Positions 1-10,809 of a stretch of 64,000 nt of DNA are shown one piece after another. Location: contig CAWBHS010000060.1 of the NCBI GenBank assembly GCA_963788655.1, positions 96,001-160,000 on the forward strand, read 5' to 3'. A model generated the notes under the pieces. That model had not been told where the DNA came from. It did no database searches and saw only the letters and a program-made list of their open reading frames with translations. The translations under genes were made by a program, and so were the position numbers. This DNA is from an uncultured Verrucomicrobiae bacterium. GTDB taxonomy: Bacteria > Verrucomicrobiota > Verrucomicrobiia > Limisphaerales > JAFGQR01. Position 1 is the first letter of the stretch; each line of letters begins with the position of its first letter.

Positions 1-812
1 CGAAGCTGACGAAGCCCCGCGGCGGGATGGTGATGCCGTTGGGAATACGATACATGTTGGTGACCGGATCATCACTCAAGTAGGCACCCGAAAGGTCCAC
101 CGTCGTATTGCCATGATTGTGACAACTCCACCCAATCCACTGGATCACTGTGGTTTTGCCATTCGTTGATGAACACCACCGCCAGCGGATCGTGCGTGGC
201 CGGATCAGGTCCGCCCGGCGAACCGCCCACCTGATCACTCTCCGCCCACGCGCGGTAATCGTTTTCACCGTACGACGGCCGCACCAGGGAGAGCGAATGG
301 CCACTGCCATCGGCCGCTTCCGGCCAGGGTGGCGAATCGGCGTATTCGATCAGCAACAGCACCGCGCCCAGTCGATTGCGCAACCGTACCGTGCCGCGGT
401 CCATGGAAAGGCGGTTGGTTTCCGCGCCGTCCCACGGACCGACCACATTCGGGATGCCGTAGTTGGTTTGAACCATTTCCGGCACCCGCGCCACGACCAG
501 GTACGCGCCGGCCTGCAAGACCGTGTTCGAAGGAAACTCGTAATGCACGTCACCGTCGATGAAGTAGCCGCCGATGTTTTCATCCCAGGGATTGGAATTG
601 AACAGTTCGATGAACTCCAGGGTGAGGTTGGTCGCCACGCCAGGAACGGCGCGTGGATTGTACATGACTTCCGTGATCGCCAATCCCGTTCGGCGGCTCG
701 ACGGGCCGGGGGGTTCGCGGTCCAGGGTGAATTGGGCTTGGGCAGAGAGCGAGGTTAGCAGGAGAAGAGAAGACACCGAAACGTTTCGGAACCGTAACAA
801 CATTTTTTCCAT
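1..812 (-). CDS. Secreted lamin-tail-domain (LTD) protein, probably of the LTD/CotH type; runs off the window start; +1 frameshift at ~121
   Basis: Signal peptide (LLLLTSLSAQA) and LTD motifs ITEVMYNP, LEFIELFN, WPEAADGSGHSL, VFINEW. Removing one base at ~121 gives DWVELYNHGNTTVDLSGAYLSDDPVTNMYRIP, a second LTD. Confidence 0.8.
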
Positions 813-968
813 AAAGCACTTCGTCGCGGACTGGGACAATCGTCAGGAGTAGCACTTTTATTGTGCATTAAAAGAGCAGTAATGCAATCGGCAAATTTGG
901 CGGGACACGACTTTCAGCTCCCGTTCCCCTCCGCGACGAGCGCGGTTAGATACTACTCGATCCTCCAA

Positions 969-1040
969 GCAGCGGCGTCTCGGCAAAGCACCGCCATGTT
1001 CAGAGCGAGAAAATTTGCGGCGCTTTGCCGATGGTTCTAC
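969..1040. repeat. Degenerate REP-like inverted repeat pair
   Basis: gcagcggcgtctcggcaaagcaccgc (969-994) pairs with gcggcgctttgccga (1017-1031). Confidence 0.55.
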
Positions 1041-3268
1041 CGCTCCGTGTAAGTGGTGATTGTGAGCGAGGGCAATTGCTTCGCATCCGGGGTGAATCGC
1101 ACCGTCCACCCGTCGTCAATGCTGCGATTGGGAATGATGCGCAGTGCCAAACCGTAAGGCGTTTCGCCGCTGGCCCATTTCCGCACCGCTTTGGTCACAT
1201 CGATCTCGTACCGCATCGGCGGCGAAAACGGTTGGTCCGGTCCCCTGCCCTGCTTGATAATCGTTGAGCCCGCCATGTCACCGAGCTGCTTGAAGTTGTA
1301 CGGCTGACCGCTGACAAACGGCGCTTGCAGGATCACGGCGGCCGCTTGCATGTCCGCCTTATCGTGGCTTTCGGAGACGTAAAAAGTGAGCTTGGCCGAA
1401 GCCAAATCCCGAGGGGCCGGCAAGGGGATACCCTCGGCGCCAATGAGCATGATCCACGCGTTGGAATTGTCCTTGAGCCACTTCACAAACTGGTGCGGAA
1501 ATGTTTCGCCCGCCATGCTGACATAACTCAGGCGGTTCAACGGTGTAATGCTGGACTGGGTGGGCAACTCGGCGCGCGCCGCCGGTTTCTGCGTGCCGAT
1601 CAACCACGGAGTCGGCAACGTGGCGAGCACTTCGTTCGCCCGGACCACTGGCATTGAAGCCGGCGACGGAACCGACATCGGTTCCTGTCCGGGCGCGAGC
1701 ACTTCCCGCCGGAGAAACCGCATTCGCGGATAGACCGGCTGCTTGCCTTGCGGCGTGGGCACTGGGATTTCAAAGGCGCAAGGGAAAGTATCCACGGCCT
1801 TTTGCACCACGATGGGCTTGTCCGACCAGGTGGCGTAGTGCGCACGGGCGATTTCCGCCCCGCGTTCATACACTTCTTCCGGCGAGACATCGCGCCAACC
1901 GAGGCAGTAGGCGTACGTAACCACCAGGCGATTGCGGCCCAACTCATCTGGGTTCGCCGCGTTAATGGTGATCGTATTCTTGCCCGGCGCCAAATATGGC
2001 AGCGCCTCCTGATTGTGCTGAACGATGCTGGTGACCTGCAGGCCGGTGAGCGGCTTCGTGAACGTTACCCGCAGAAAATAACGGTAGCTGCCGGCAACCT
2101 CTGGAGTCAGGTCACTGAGTTTGGCAGATTTCCAAGTCTTGCCGTCCAAAGAAACCTCGGACTTTGCTTCAGTGCCGACGATGTTACCGGAGGCTTTGGC
2201 GACGACGTAAGGCGAAGCCATCTCCACCACGAACGAAGCCGCGCGCTGTGCGTCCCTTGCCTTCAAGGAGCCCATTTCCCACGTGACATTGTCAGCTTGT
2301 TGCAGACTGGTCAGGAAGGCGTCATTCCGAAAGTCCGGCCGAAAGGTCAACGTGCCGTTGGACCATGAGCGCCGGGGATCTTTTCCGGCATAAGGTTCAA
2401 GTAACGGACCAATGGCCGGGCAGTTTCGATAATCCTTGTCGCCGCAGGAATGGCCCGGACCACGTTTCATTCCGCGAAAATAATAGGCGCCTTCAATCTT
2501 ATCCCAATCAAGGGTCAGGGCATAGCCGACCCCGAGGTTCACGTCGGTGGAGTAATCGGGTTCGTCAAACTTGATACCTGACCAGCCGCGCGGACTGCCG
2601 GCGTTCTTGCTGCTGGCGATCCCGGTGAGCACGCCGTCCAGCGTGTCGCCGCAGACCATGAACGCCGGCGCCGTCCAGTTCACCTTGTCGCGGATGAACT
2701 CAAAGCGATTGTCCTGATGGTAACAGACTTTTCGTTCCGAATCCGTGACAAACGCGTCGGTCACCAATGCCGGATTCGCGCGAATGTCCTCTTGGCCGGC
2801 AATCGTCCTCCCATCGGACGCCGTGGGTTCGGGCATCCAGGTGTAGAACTTGAGGAACGTGTCCAGGTAATGCCAGCGGCCACCATAATAGCACTCGACG
2901 GTGGTATGGCCGGGATTGCTCCAGCCGCGATAGCGCCATTTGAAACCCGCTTTTTCCCACAGGGCGGCGAGCACGGTGTGTTGTCCGCCGCAAAGGCTCC
3001 ATCCGTACCCGTTGATCATCTTCAGTGCGCCGATACCATTTGGTTCGCTGGGATAGGCGTGATGGTAGTAAAGGTAACGCGCGACGTTGTAAATGGCGAT
3101 GGCCTTCGCGTCGTCGTTCGGACAATCCCGCGTGACCGAAGCTACCAGCGCTTCCAGCGACGAGCAATCCGGCGCGCGGTCATTGGTGACTTTGATTGTG
3201 GAAAGTGGAGCGCTGGAAACCAAGGAACACACCAAGCTGGAGACAGCAACAACGAGCAACTTTTTCAT
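1037..3268 (-). CDS. Secreted transglutaminase-like (Cys-His-Asp) protein with a C-terminal DNRLRE-like beta-sandwich
   Basis: Signal peptide MKKLLVVAVSSLVCSLVSS; triad-like motifs SLCGGQH, GHTTVECYYGGRWHYLD; C-terminal YEIDVTKAVRKWASGETPYGLAL...PSLTITT. Confidence 0.65.
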   Translation of the reverse strand: MKKLLVVAVSSLVCSLVSSAPLSTIKVTNDRAPDCSSLEALVASVTRDCPNDDAKAIAIYNVARYLYYHHAYPSEPNGIGALKMINGYGWSLCGGQHTVLAALWEKAGFKWRYRGWSNPGHTTVECYYGGRWHYLDTFLKFYTWMPEPTASDGRTIAGQEDIRANPALVTDAFVTDSERKVCYHQDNRFEFIRDKVNWTAPAFMVCGDTLDGVLTGIASSKNAGSPRGWSGIKFDEPDYSTDVNLGVGYALTLDWDKIEGAYYFRGMKRGPGHSCGDKDYRNCPAIGPLLEPYAGKDPRRSWSNGTLTFRPDFRNDAFLTSLQQADNVTWEMGSLKARDAQRAASFVVEMASPYVVAKASGNIVGTEAKSEVSLDGKTWKSAKLSDLTPEVAGSYRYFLRVTFTKPLTGLQVTSIVQHNQEALPYLAPGKNTITINAANPDELGRNRLVVTYAYCLGWRDVSPEEVYERGAEIARAHYATWSDKPIVVQKAVDTFPCAFEIPVPTPQGKQPVYPRMRFLRREVLAPGQEPMSVPSPASMPVVRANEVLATLPTPWLIGTQKPAARAELPTQSSITPLNRLSYVSMAGETFPHQFVKWLKDNSNAWIMLIGAEGIPLPAPRDLASAKLTFYVSESHDKADMQAAAVILQAPFVSGQPYNFKQLGDMAGSTIIKQGRGPDQPFSPPMRYEIDVTKAVRKWASGETPYGLALRIIPNRSIDDGWTVRFTPDAKQLPSLTITTYTER

Positions 3269-3350
3269 AGCGTGGTTCGGCGTAAGTGAACTGTCCGGGA
3301 GACTCCCGCCGGCGGCGCCGCTTGTCAATCAAACGCTGGGCGCAGGCTAA

Positions 3351-6300
3351 TCAATCGCCTTGTTCTGCGCGGGCCGTAATCCCGTGCGTGCTTCCGGCCG
3401 GTGCCGGGCCAACCAGCGAATGCGCATGCATGGCATCGAGCACTTCCGGGGCGCGCGCCCGGAAAAAGTTCAAATAGTCGGCTTGGCGAACACCGCCTTG
3501 GGTTGCCGTTTGTTCAACTTCCAGCCAGGTTCTTAAACGCTCCGGTCTGTTCACAGTCAGTCGGATCAGCTCCTGCAAATAACCATCCAACCTCCGGAGA
3601 TTGACCGGTTGTTCCACCCAGTTGCGGACCAGCTTCCCATACAATGACGGTCCGGTGGTAAAACCTTCATCGCTGTCCCAGTGCAGGAACTGAAATCGGC
3701 CGTCGCTGGGTCGCCGATAGAAATAGCCGTTACGCCCGACCTGCATCGTGAAATTATCCCAGTCGCCAATGTAGCCGCGTACCGCCACCATCTTCAGCAT
3801 CGCCTCGGCATCGATTAACGACTCAAGCTCGGCGGCGGAACAGTTTGTCCGCGAAACCATTTTAAAGAACTCAAGCAGGTGCGAATAGTCGTCCTTCGTC
3901 TCGCCAGTTCGCTTCAGCCACGAATTGCGACAGTATGCGGGGTTGCCATCGGGCGGAAAAGTCCAAGTCGCATCCTCGTAATCCCCTTTACCTTCGTCGT
4001 TCAACCAAGGTTCGAGATCGATGCGATACAACTCGCCTTTGGTTCCATCGGCAAAGTTGCGGTTCAAGAAGTCGTTCCATACCGGTTCCGTTTCTTCGCG
4101 CAGCCGGATCGGGCCGGCGTTGACCACCATCCGCACAAATTCGTTTTCATTGGCCGGGTGTCCGAGCAGATACAGCAGATACCGCACGACGCGATTGTGG
4201 TAGGCCCGGCCGGAGGCAGCGTCATCGTCATAGACAAATTTCGTGTGACTCGCGAAAAGCGTGGTCTTCCGGCAGTTTCAGTTTCACCTTATTTAAGTCT
4301 GCTCCGCGCTGAATCAGACTGCCGCTCGGACGCACTTTCACCCCGTAGCAAACTTCATCGTCGTTGATCAGCGTGCCGTTGAAATAATGATTGGAGAGCC
4401 GGGGAAAATGAAATCCGTGCGCCGCCGTGCCGCCTTCGGCGATAGCCTTCAAATCCCGCGGCGAAATGACAATCCGCACCAAACGCAAATCCCGCGGCAG
4501 TTCCCGGTCATCCACCACGAACAACGCCGGTTGCTCGGCTCCCGCGCGCGGCATGGTCGCAGATTGGCCCTCACGCGTTTCCGCTTCCACATAGAATTCC
4601 GCGACCTGGTCGGAACGCCGGTATGCCGCCAGTTGCGCGGTGTAAAGGCCGTCATTCGCTACCGCGTCGCCGCCGTGAAGCCCGTCATCGAACATGGGTT
4701 TGCTCTGCCACGTCGTGAGCCCGTCCGAGTCGCCCAACCGATGCCGCAATTGCACCGCTGCCAACGGCCGGGCGGAAAAGACGCGGGCCGAAATGGTCAC
4801 CGTGTTGGTCGAACGCGGCACCGCTGGGTAATGTGCAAGTTGATCCACTTGGGGCAGCGGGCTGGTAGTGGCTTGCGAGTTACGCCGGCCCGGGCTGCCG
4901 AGATTCTTCGGCACTTCGATCAAGAACGAGCCGGCTATGCTCCGATCCCAACTCTGCACGATCAGCCTCGGTTTGCCGGAAAGCCAGCGCGCATCGAAAC
5001 AGAACGCGTACGTCTCGTTCGGATGCAGGTCCGGCACATCGATTTCCACCCGGTTGACTTTGTCGTCACCGCGCCCATCGGACACCACGTGCAATTGTCC
5101 ATTGGTCACCCCACTGGCCCAGTGCGTGCCTTGGCACAACCAGCCGGTAGCGCCAGTACCATCGTTAGAAAGCCGGTCGGCATTGGTAAGACAATTTTGA
5201 CCATTCCGCCACAACGCCAGGTGGTTCAGGACCAGGTGACCACTCCCCACCAACGCCAGGTGCAACTCCCGGAAATCCGCCGGCTTCCCGACCGCATGGC
5301 GTTCCTGATAGACGTTCGTGCAACTGAAGAAACGAAAGGAAGACTTGCTGGATTCGTCGCTGGCCTGCCAGGCGGACGGAAAACGATTGTCCATCAGCGG
5401 ATGGATCAGTTCCAAGCTGCTGCCGCCGCCGTCGGCCAGTTCCGGCCAGGCACCGCCGGTGCGGTAATCCACTTCGTTGACCAGATTGCCAACGGCGTCT
5501 TCCAGACGAATCAGTTCGCCCTCGTTGCTCAGCCTGCCTTCGAAATCGCCGATCACCGAAATATCTCCATATACGGACCGCATCCATTCGGTGGACTTCG
5601 CCACAACCAGGTAACCCTCAGGCAAAATACTGGTGCCCGCGGGGAACTTGAAATTGATCCCTTCCACAAACTTCCAGCCGGAAAGGTCCACGGCTCGTGA
5701 TCCGCGATTGAACAGTTCGAGGTATTCCCCATCGGCTTGGCCTTCGGGCGGATCATACATGATTTCGTTAATGACAATGTTGGTCTGGCCCGGCGGTTGA
5801 TTGGCCGCGTCGCGCGTCGATTGCGCTCCAACAAACCATTCGCTCGCGCCGTCGGGAAAGGCCTGCCAGGTATCACCGCCAATCGGTGATTCAAAGGCCC
5901 GGCAATCCAACACGGTGTTCGAGGTATCCAGCAAATACAGCTTCACTTCGCCGTTGCGGTTGACAAATGAAGTCTCCCAACTCGCGAATCCGCCTGCTGG
6001 CACGGTGTCTGAAAGGAGTTGTCGATCTGAAAAATCAGGCTCGCTGGCCAAATACAATCCTGCCGCTGCAACCGCTTCCCGAGACGGATTGAACACCTCG
6101 AGCCAATCGACCCGCCTCCGGTCGCCGAAATGGACTTCGTTCAGGCGCAAAGAATGATTGGCATCCGACGTTTCCGGCCTTGGTTGCAATTCCAGTGCCG
6201 CAACTGGCCTCGCGCTAGCCGTCCAGTTCCGCCAATCGTCCACGCGACGATTGGGATGCCGCAACACCAACGCGCACCCGGTCCCGTCCGCCGCCAACGG

Positions 6301-6742
6301 CCAATGCCCGCGCGTGCCGGTACTCCAAGGTACACACGATCACGCCGTTTTTGTCCGTCAGCGTGACCCGTTCGCCGTCGTTATCCAGCTTCCCGGCCCA
6401 GGGTCCAAAGATCCGTTGGCTCGGCGGAACGTGGTAGGCGGCGCGTGTCTCCGCTTCGCCGGCGGAGGCAACGATGATGGCTTCGTGCGCCGGGAGAAAC
6501 GTTGCCATGGGCGCGTTGGTGGAAAATGAGGGGAAGGTAAATTTGATCCCTTTCGTGCACTGCCACTCGGCGATATCGAGCGGTGTCGCCGAAACGTTTT
6601 CGACAACCAGATACTCGGGCTTGCCGGTCGCCGGGTGATACATGATCTGACTGAAGACAACCAGGTCGGCATGAGCGGCGCACAACCCGAAACCGAGCGC
6701 CAGACCAAACGTGCAGAACTGAAACGGTATCCACCTTTGCAT
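3351..6742 (-). CDS. Multi-LTD CotH-family kinase, one gene split by +1 frameshifts at ~6320 and ~4251
   Basis: ORFs 6215-6982, 4228-6297 and 3351-4187 join in frame after single-base removals (LEYGTRGHWPLAADG; AFRSHTKFVYDDDAASGRAYHNRVVRY). Repeated LTD motifs; CotH motifs GDWDNF, RNGYFY, FQFLHWDSDEGF. Start MQRWIPF carries a signal peptide. Confidence 0.8.
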
Positions 6743-6823
6743 GGAAATCGCGAAATACGCGAAGTGCGCCGAAAGATTGGAATACAACTTCAGTGCATCT
6801 CGGATCGGACGCTTTGCAGCTAA

Positions 6824-6955
6824 GAGCCTGTTTGAACAATGGTAGCAGCCGACGTAAGGAGGCTCATTCATCTCGGACGCATCGCGGTTTTCCGAGGAAA
6901 AATGAGCCTCCTCACGTCGGCTGCTACGGACCGGCTGGAGTTTTAAAACAGGCTC
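6824..6955. mobile_element. 132 bp MITE-like element with IS5-like terminal inverted repeats and TAA target duplication, containing a GTAG-type REP doublet
   Basis: TAA|GAGCCTGTTT...AAACAGGCTC|TAA; inner 27 bp inverted repeat gtagcagccgacgtaaggaggctcatt (6842-6868) / aatgagcctcctcacgtcggctgctac (6901-6927) with 1 mismatch. Confidence 0.65.
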
Positions 6956-6993
6956 TAAGATTCTAAGCACGCTAACGCTCATGTTTTACACCG

Positions 6994-7225
6994 GTAGGAC
7001 AGCCATCCCGGCGGTCCCGACTGACCAATACCGCCTGTCATGTCGAGCCCCAGGAGGTAAGTCTGGCGGGGCCCTCTGGTGACTCGAGACAGGCGGGACG
7101 CCTGTCCTACCACGTCGTATGACAGCCGTCCTGGCGGTCTTAATTGAGCAGTCTCGCCCGCAGGCACTGAAGCGTTGGGTAGAATTTGGAACACGTTTGG
7201 CCGACAGGCCGAACGCCCGTCCTAC
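6994..7225. repeat. Cluster of four REP-like arms (GTAGGACAG family) forming two inverted pairs
   Basis: gtaggacagccatcccggcggtcc (6994); gagacaggcgggacgcctgtcctac (ends 7110); gtatgacagccgtcctggcggtct (7117); gacaggccgaacgcccgtcctac (ends 7225). The same family occurs at 61691-61800. Confidence 0.75.
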
Positions 7226-7227
7226 GC

Positions 7228-10200
7228 TTATTTCGGTTCCGACGCAGCCGGGGTTTCGCGCGCTTGCACCGTGTCTGGTGCCGGCCAAAGCCGCGCTCGG
7301 CGTGATGTGGATTTTTGGCTGCTTTGCGCCAACTGGCTGCGACGTGTTAGCGGGAATGGCCGCGCTTCGCCCGCTTCGAACTGCTGCAAATCGTGCGCGG
7401 CAATCCGGGCACGCGGATCCTCAGTGCGGCGATAACATTCGGCACGCATGGCCAAAAATTCGCGGTTCCACGGAATGGCGGGTTCGAAACCGGCCAGCGC
7501 CTTACGGGTTTTTCGGAAGGGAAAAGCATTGTCCATTTCCCGGGCAAATTCCAGGCAGACCTCGGCACGTTCGCGATCCAGCAAGTGCAGCGCAAAGGGT
7601 TTCTCCAGCATCGCGCTTACGGGTTCGAGTTGTTTCTTTTCCTCACCGCGAAACGCAATGTCGCGGGCAATGTCCAGCGTGCAGTCCATGACGCGGACTG
7701 GCGTCCAGGGATACTGGCGCCAGGCGACGATGCTCTTTTCCACCAAGGGCAGGGCTTGCTTGATCTTGCCCTGACGCCACAGCAAATGAGCCTGCACCGC
7801 CGCGGCTTCGATTGGGAACCACGCCCGCAATTTTTCAATATACGGCAGGGCGCGGTCATCCGCCCGGTCAGCCAACCCTTCGGCCACCACCAGCAATTCC
7901 ATCAAGTCAGCCGGCTCGGCCGATTGCGTCTCCCAAATCCGGCTGGCGGCTGGCAGATCGTTTTCCAGCCATGCCTTTTTGGCGGCCGTGCGGATACGAA
8001 ACGATTGGCTGTCCGACGCCACCAGGAAATTCGATTGCTGATCCACCACAAAATTGGAAACCCGCCGATCCGGCAATTGGCTCCAATTCAATTTGCCATT
8101 TTGCACCGCCGGTTGGTCGCATTTTTCGTCCTCGGCAGCGCGTTGGAGAATCTCCGCGCCGAAGCCAGTCGGACACCCCGCGGTCCGGGCGAACGCGAAT
8201 TCGAGTTGGTTTTGATCGTCGGTGTTCACCGACGCGCCAGCCATCGCCACGGCCCGGGCCAGGGCGCTGTTGGCCGCGTAATGGGCAAACACGCCTTCGA
8301 GATCGGAGACCCGCCAGACTTCGGCCAACGCGGACTTGAACGGCTCCAGTTTGATCCGTTCCCGCAATTGACCGACGTTATATACCAGCGGTTCGCGGGT
8401 CGCGATTAAGAGCAAATCGTCGTTATGAGTCCGCCAGGTTTCCACCACCGGAAACACCGTTGACAACGTGGCATACGCGCCGGCCAAGGTTTCGCCATCG
8501 ACCAGATTTCCCTGAATCCATTGTGCAAACATGCCGTGCGGACGCAGGCGGCGGTCCACCATCTGGTAAAACTCGCGGGTAAACAGACTGGCCGCGCCGG
8601 GGCGAAACGGATTGGCCGGTTCGGAAGCAATCAAGTCGTAATCCAACGACGTGGTCAGGAGGTAATCGCGGGCGTCACCGATTTGCAGTCTCACTTTGGG
8701 ATTGGCCAATACGTGGTGGTTCACCGGCGCACACAAGGCCGCCACTGTTTCGACGGCTGGTTCCACCTCGACGACATCGACAAATTGCATCCGCGGCACG
8801 TCCGCCAGCCAGCCCGCCGTCGAGCCGGTACCCAAGCCCAGCACGAGACCGCGCTGCGGCTCCGGATGCAACATGGCCGGCAGCAGGCCCAACATCACTT
8901 GCGTGCCCGCGTCGCTGCGGGCGTTACCGGCAAGCTTGCCGCTCAAAGCCAACGCAAAACCGTTCGCGCGTGTGACCGCCACGCTGCCTTCCCGGCCTTC
9001 GGCTTCCCAGTAAAGCGTCCAGCGCTGGCGATTGGCCAACTGGCGAAGTTCATTTGGCGTTGGCGCCTGAACCTTGACTTGGCCGGTAGCAATCAGACCG
9101 TGCCGCCAAAACGCGGTTGGTCCGTCGGTCCGCAGCAGGACCACAATCAACGCCACCACGGCCACCTGCGGCGTCAGCAACCAAAGCCGTTGGAAAAATC
9201 CAGAGCGATTCTCGACTTGCTCCGTCCAAATCTCGTCCCGGCCCGGATCGGGCAGGATTTCGGTGTCATAGACCACCAACTCGGCGGCGGAGTCTTCGTC
9301 CCACTGGAGGGACAAAGCCAGGGCGGCTAATGCCAACATCAGCAACACGCCGGCCACCAATCGCCAGGCGCCGGGCGCAGTCAATAACGGTAACACGCCG
9401 AATCCGCCCGCCAGCACACCAGCGATGGCACCCATGGTGTGCCATCCAAACACCAAACCCGTGTGCCGGCCGACGCCGTCCCGTGCGCGGCCCAGCAAGG
9501 CCAGCAGCATGGGGAACTGCACCCCCGCCAATAGCGATGCTGGAAACACGATCAGAAGCGTGATGATACTCCATTCCACCACCCGCATGGTAAAGCTCAG
9601 CGAACCCAGCGGCTGCAACACCATGGCCAGCACCGCCAAACGGTCACCCAATGCGTATGGCCCGATAAGAAACAACGCCTCCAAGGCGCAGACCATGCCA
9701 AAGCCGCGCAAGGTCGCCCGTTGGTGTCCGCGCCCCAGTGAATAGCCCAGGCTACCGGCCGCGATCCCCAATAGCGACCCCGCTAGAATCAATCCCCACG
9801 TAAACGTGGAACCGCCCAGCAGCGGACTGAGCATGCGATGCCACACTTGTTCCATCAGCAAGAGGGCAAACCCTGCCAGCGCCGCGGCCGCCACCACGAA
9901 TCCCGTGAGCCCCCCGGAGGACAGTTCCGGCACTGCCGCGGGCCGCGCTACGGAGCCGCCGCTCTCCATGGTGCCGTCTTCTTCATTAGCTGCGGAATCA
10001 ATCCGGCGAGACCAAGCCCAGGCAACGAGCGCGACGCAGCCGTTGAAGATGCAGGCCCCCCAAAGCGTGTGCCGGTTGCCAAATTGTTCGGCCAGGTAAA
10101 ACGTGGCGAACATCACGCCAACCACGGCCCCCAGTGCGTTCAGACCGTAAAGCGCCGCGGCCCGGCGACGCCGATCGTCCACCCCGGACTGCACGGCCCG

Positions 10201-10638
10201 CACGATCGCCGGCAAGGCGCCGCCCATCAGAAACGTGGGGACCAGCAGCACCGCTGCGGCCAGCAACCAACGCATCACCATGCCCAAGGCCAAACCGAGC
10301 GCAGTCGCCCCACCGAGGGCCACATAAGCCTGGCGCACCCAGTCCAGGAGAAATGGCGTTCCTGCGGCGAATAAACCAACGCCCAATTCCAGGAAGGCAA
10401 AGCAACGGAAAGGACGTTTGAAGCCATCGACTTTTCGGCCGAGGATCAGACTACCCGCGCCCAAGCCGGCCAAGAAACAGGCCAGCACGGCAGCGATGGC
10501 GGGCGTCGAAGCGCCGAAAATCAGCCGGAACTCGCGCAGCCAGGTGACTTGATACACCATGGCGCACAGCCCCGAACCAAAAACACAAAACACCGCCGGG
10601 AGCATCCCGCCGGATTGCCGGTATCCTGATGAACGCAT
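7228..10638 (-). CDS. Fused MFS-like membrane domain / spermidine-synthase-like SAM-binding domain with a C-terminal helical (TPR-like) region
   Basis: Many TM helices with SGLCAMVYQVTWLREFRLIFG and ALYGLNALGAVVG; Rossmann motifs VLGLGTGSTAG, VDVVEVEPAV, GDARDYL, DLIASEPANP, LFTREFY. Confidence 0.85.
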   Translation of the reverse strand: MRSSGYRQSGGMLPAVFCVFGSGLCAMVYQVTWLREFRLIFGASTPAIAAVLACFLAGLGAGSLILGRKVDGFKRPFRCFAFLELGVGLFAAGTPFLLDWVRQAYVALGGATALGLALGMVMRWLLAAAVLLVPTFLMGGALPAIVRAVQSGVDDRRRRAAALYGLNALGAVVGVMFATFYLAEQFGNRHTLWGACIFNGCVALVAWAWSRRIDSAANEEDGTMESGGSVARPAAVPELSSGGLTGFVVAAAALAGFALLLMEQVWHRMLSPLLGGSTFTWGLILAGSLLGIAAGSLGYSLGRGHQRATLRGFGMVCALEALFLIGPYALGDRLAVLAMVLQPLGSLSFTMRVVEWSIITLLIVFPASLLAGVQFPMLLALLGRARDGVGRHTGLVFGWHTMGAIAGVLAGGFGVLPLLTAPGAWRLVAGVLLMLALAALALSLQWDEDSAAELVVYDTEILPDPGRDEIWTEQVENRSGFFQRLWLLTPQVAVVALIVVLLRTDGPTAFWRHGLIATGQVKVQAPTPNELRQLANRQRWTLYWEAEGREGSVAVTRANGFALALSGKLAGNARSDAGTQVMLGLLPAMLHPEPQRGLVLGLGTGSTAGWLADVPRMQFVDVVEVEPAVETVAALCAPVNHHVLANPKVRLQIGDARDYLLTTSLDYDLIASEPANPFRPGAASLFTREFYQMVDRRLRPHGMFAQWIQGNLVDGETLAGAYATLSTVFPVVETWRTHNDDLLLIATREPLVYNVGQLRERIKLEPFKSALAEVWRVSDLEGVFAHYAANSALARAVAMAGASVNTDDQNQLEFAFARTAGCPTGFGAEILQRAAEDEKCDQPAVQNGKLNWSQLPDRRVSNFVVDQQSNFLVASDSQSFRIRTAAKKAWLENDLPAASRIWETQSAEPADLMELLVVAEGLADRADDRALPYIEKLRAWFPIEAAAVQAHLLWRQGKIKQALPLVEKSIVAWRQYPWTPVRVMDCTLDIARDIAFRGEEKKQLEPVSAMLEKPFALHLLDRERAEVCLEFAREMDNAFPFRKTRKALAGFEPAIPWNREFLAMRAECYRRTEDPRARIAAHDLQQFEAGEARPFPLTRRSQLAQSSQKSTSRRARLWPAPDTVQARETPAASEPK

Positions 10639-10809
10639 AGTCTTATTGCTGCGGGCCTTTTGGCATCCATTCCGGAGGGCCGTTGTTAATTATCTGGCGC
10701 GCATCGCCGGGGAAAAACCTGCCTCTCCTGGTCAGAAATGGTCCCGTTCACCGCGGCCAATACGCGCATTGAGCACCGCATCTCCATTAAGCAGTCGGCG
10801 GGCCATTTG

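Noticed and set aside
6842..7225. Clustered repeats as a CRISPR array
   Set aside because: The repeats are inverted and of mixed families rather than direct repeats with regular spacers, and no cas genes are present.
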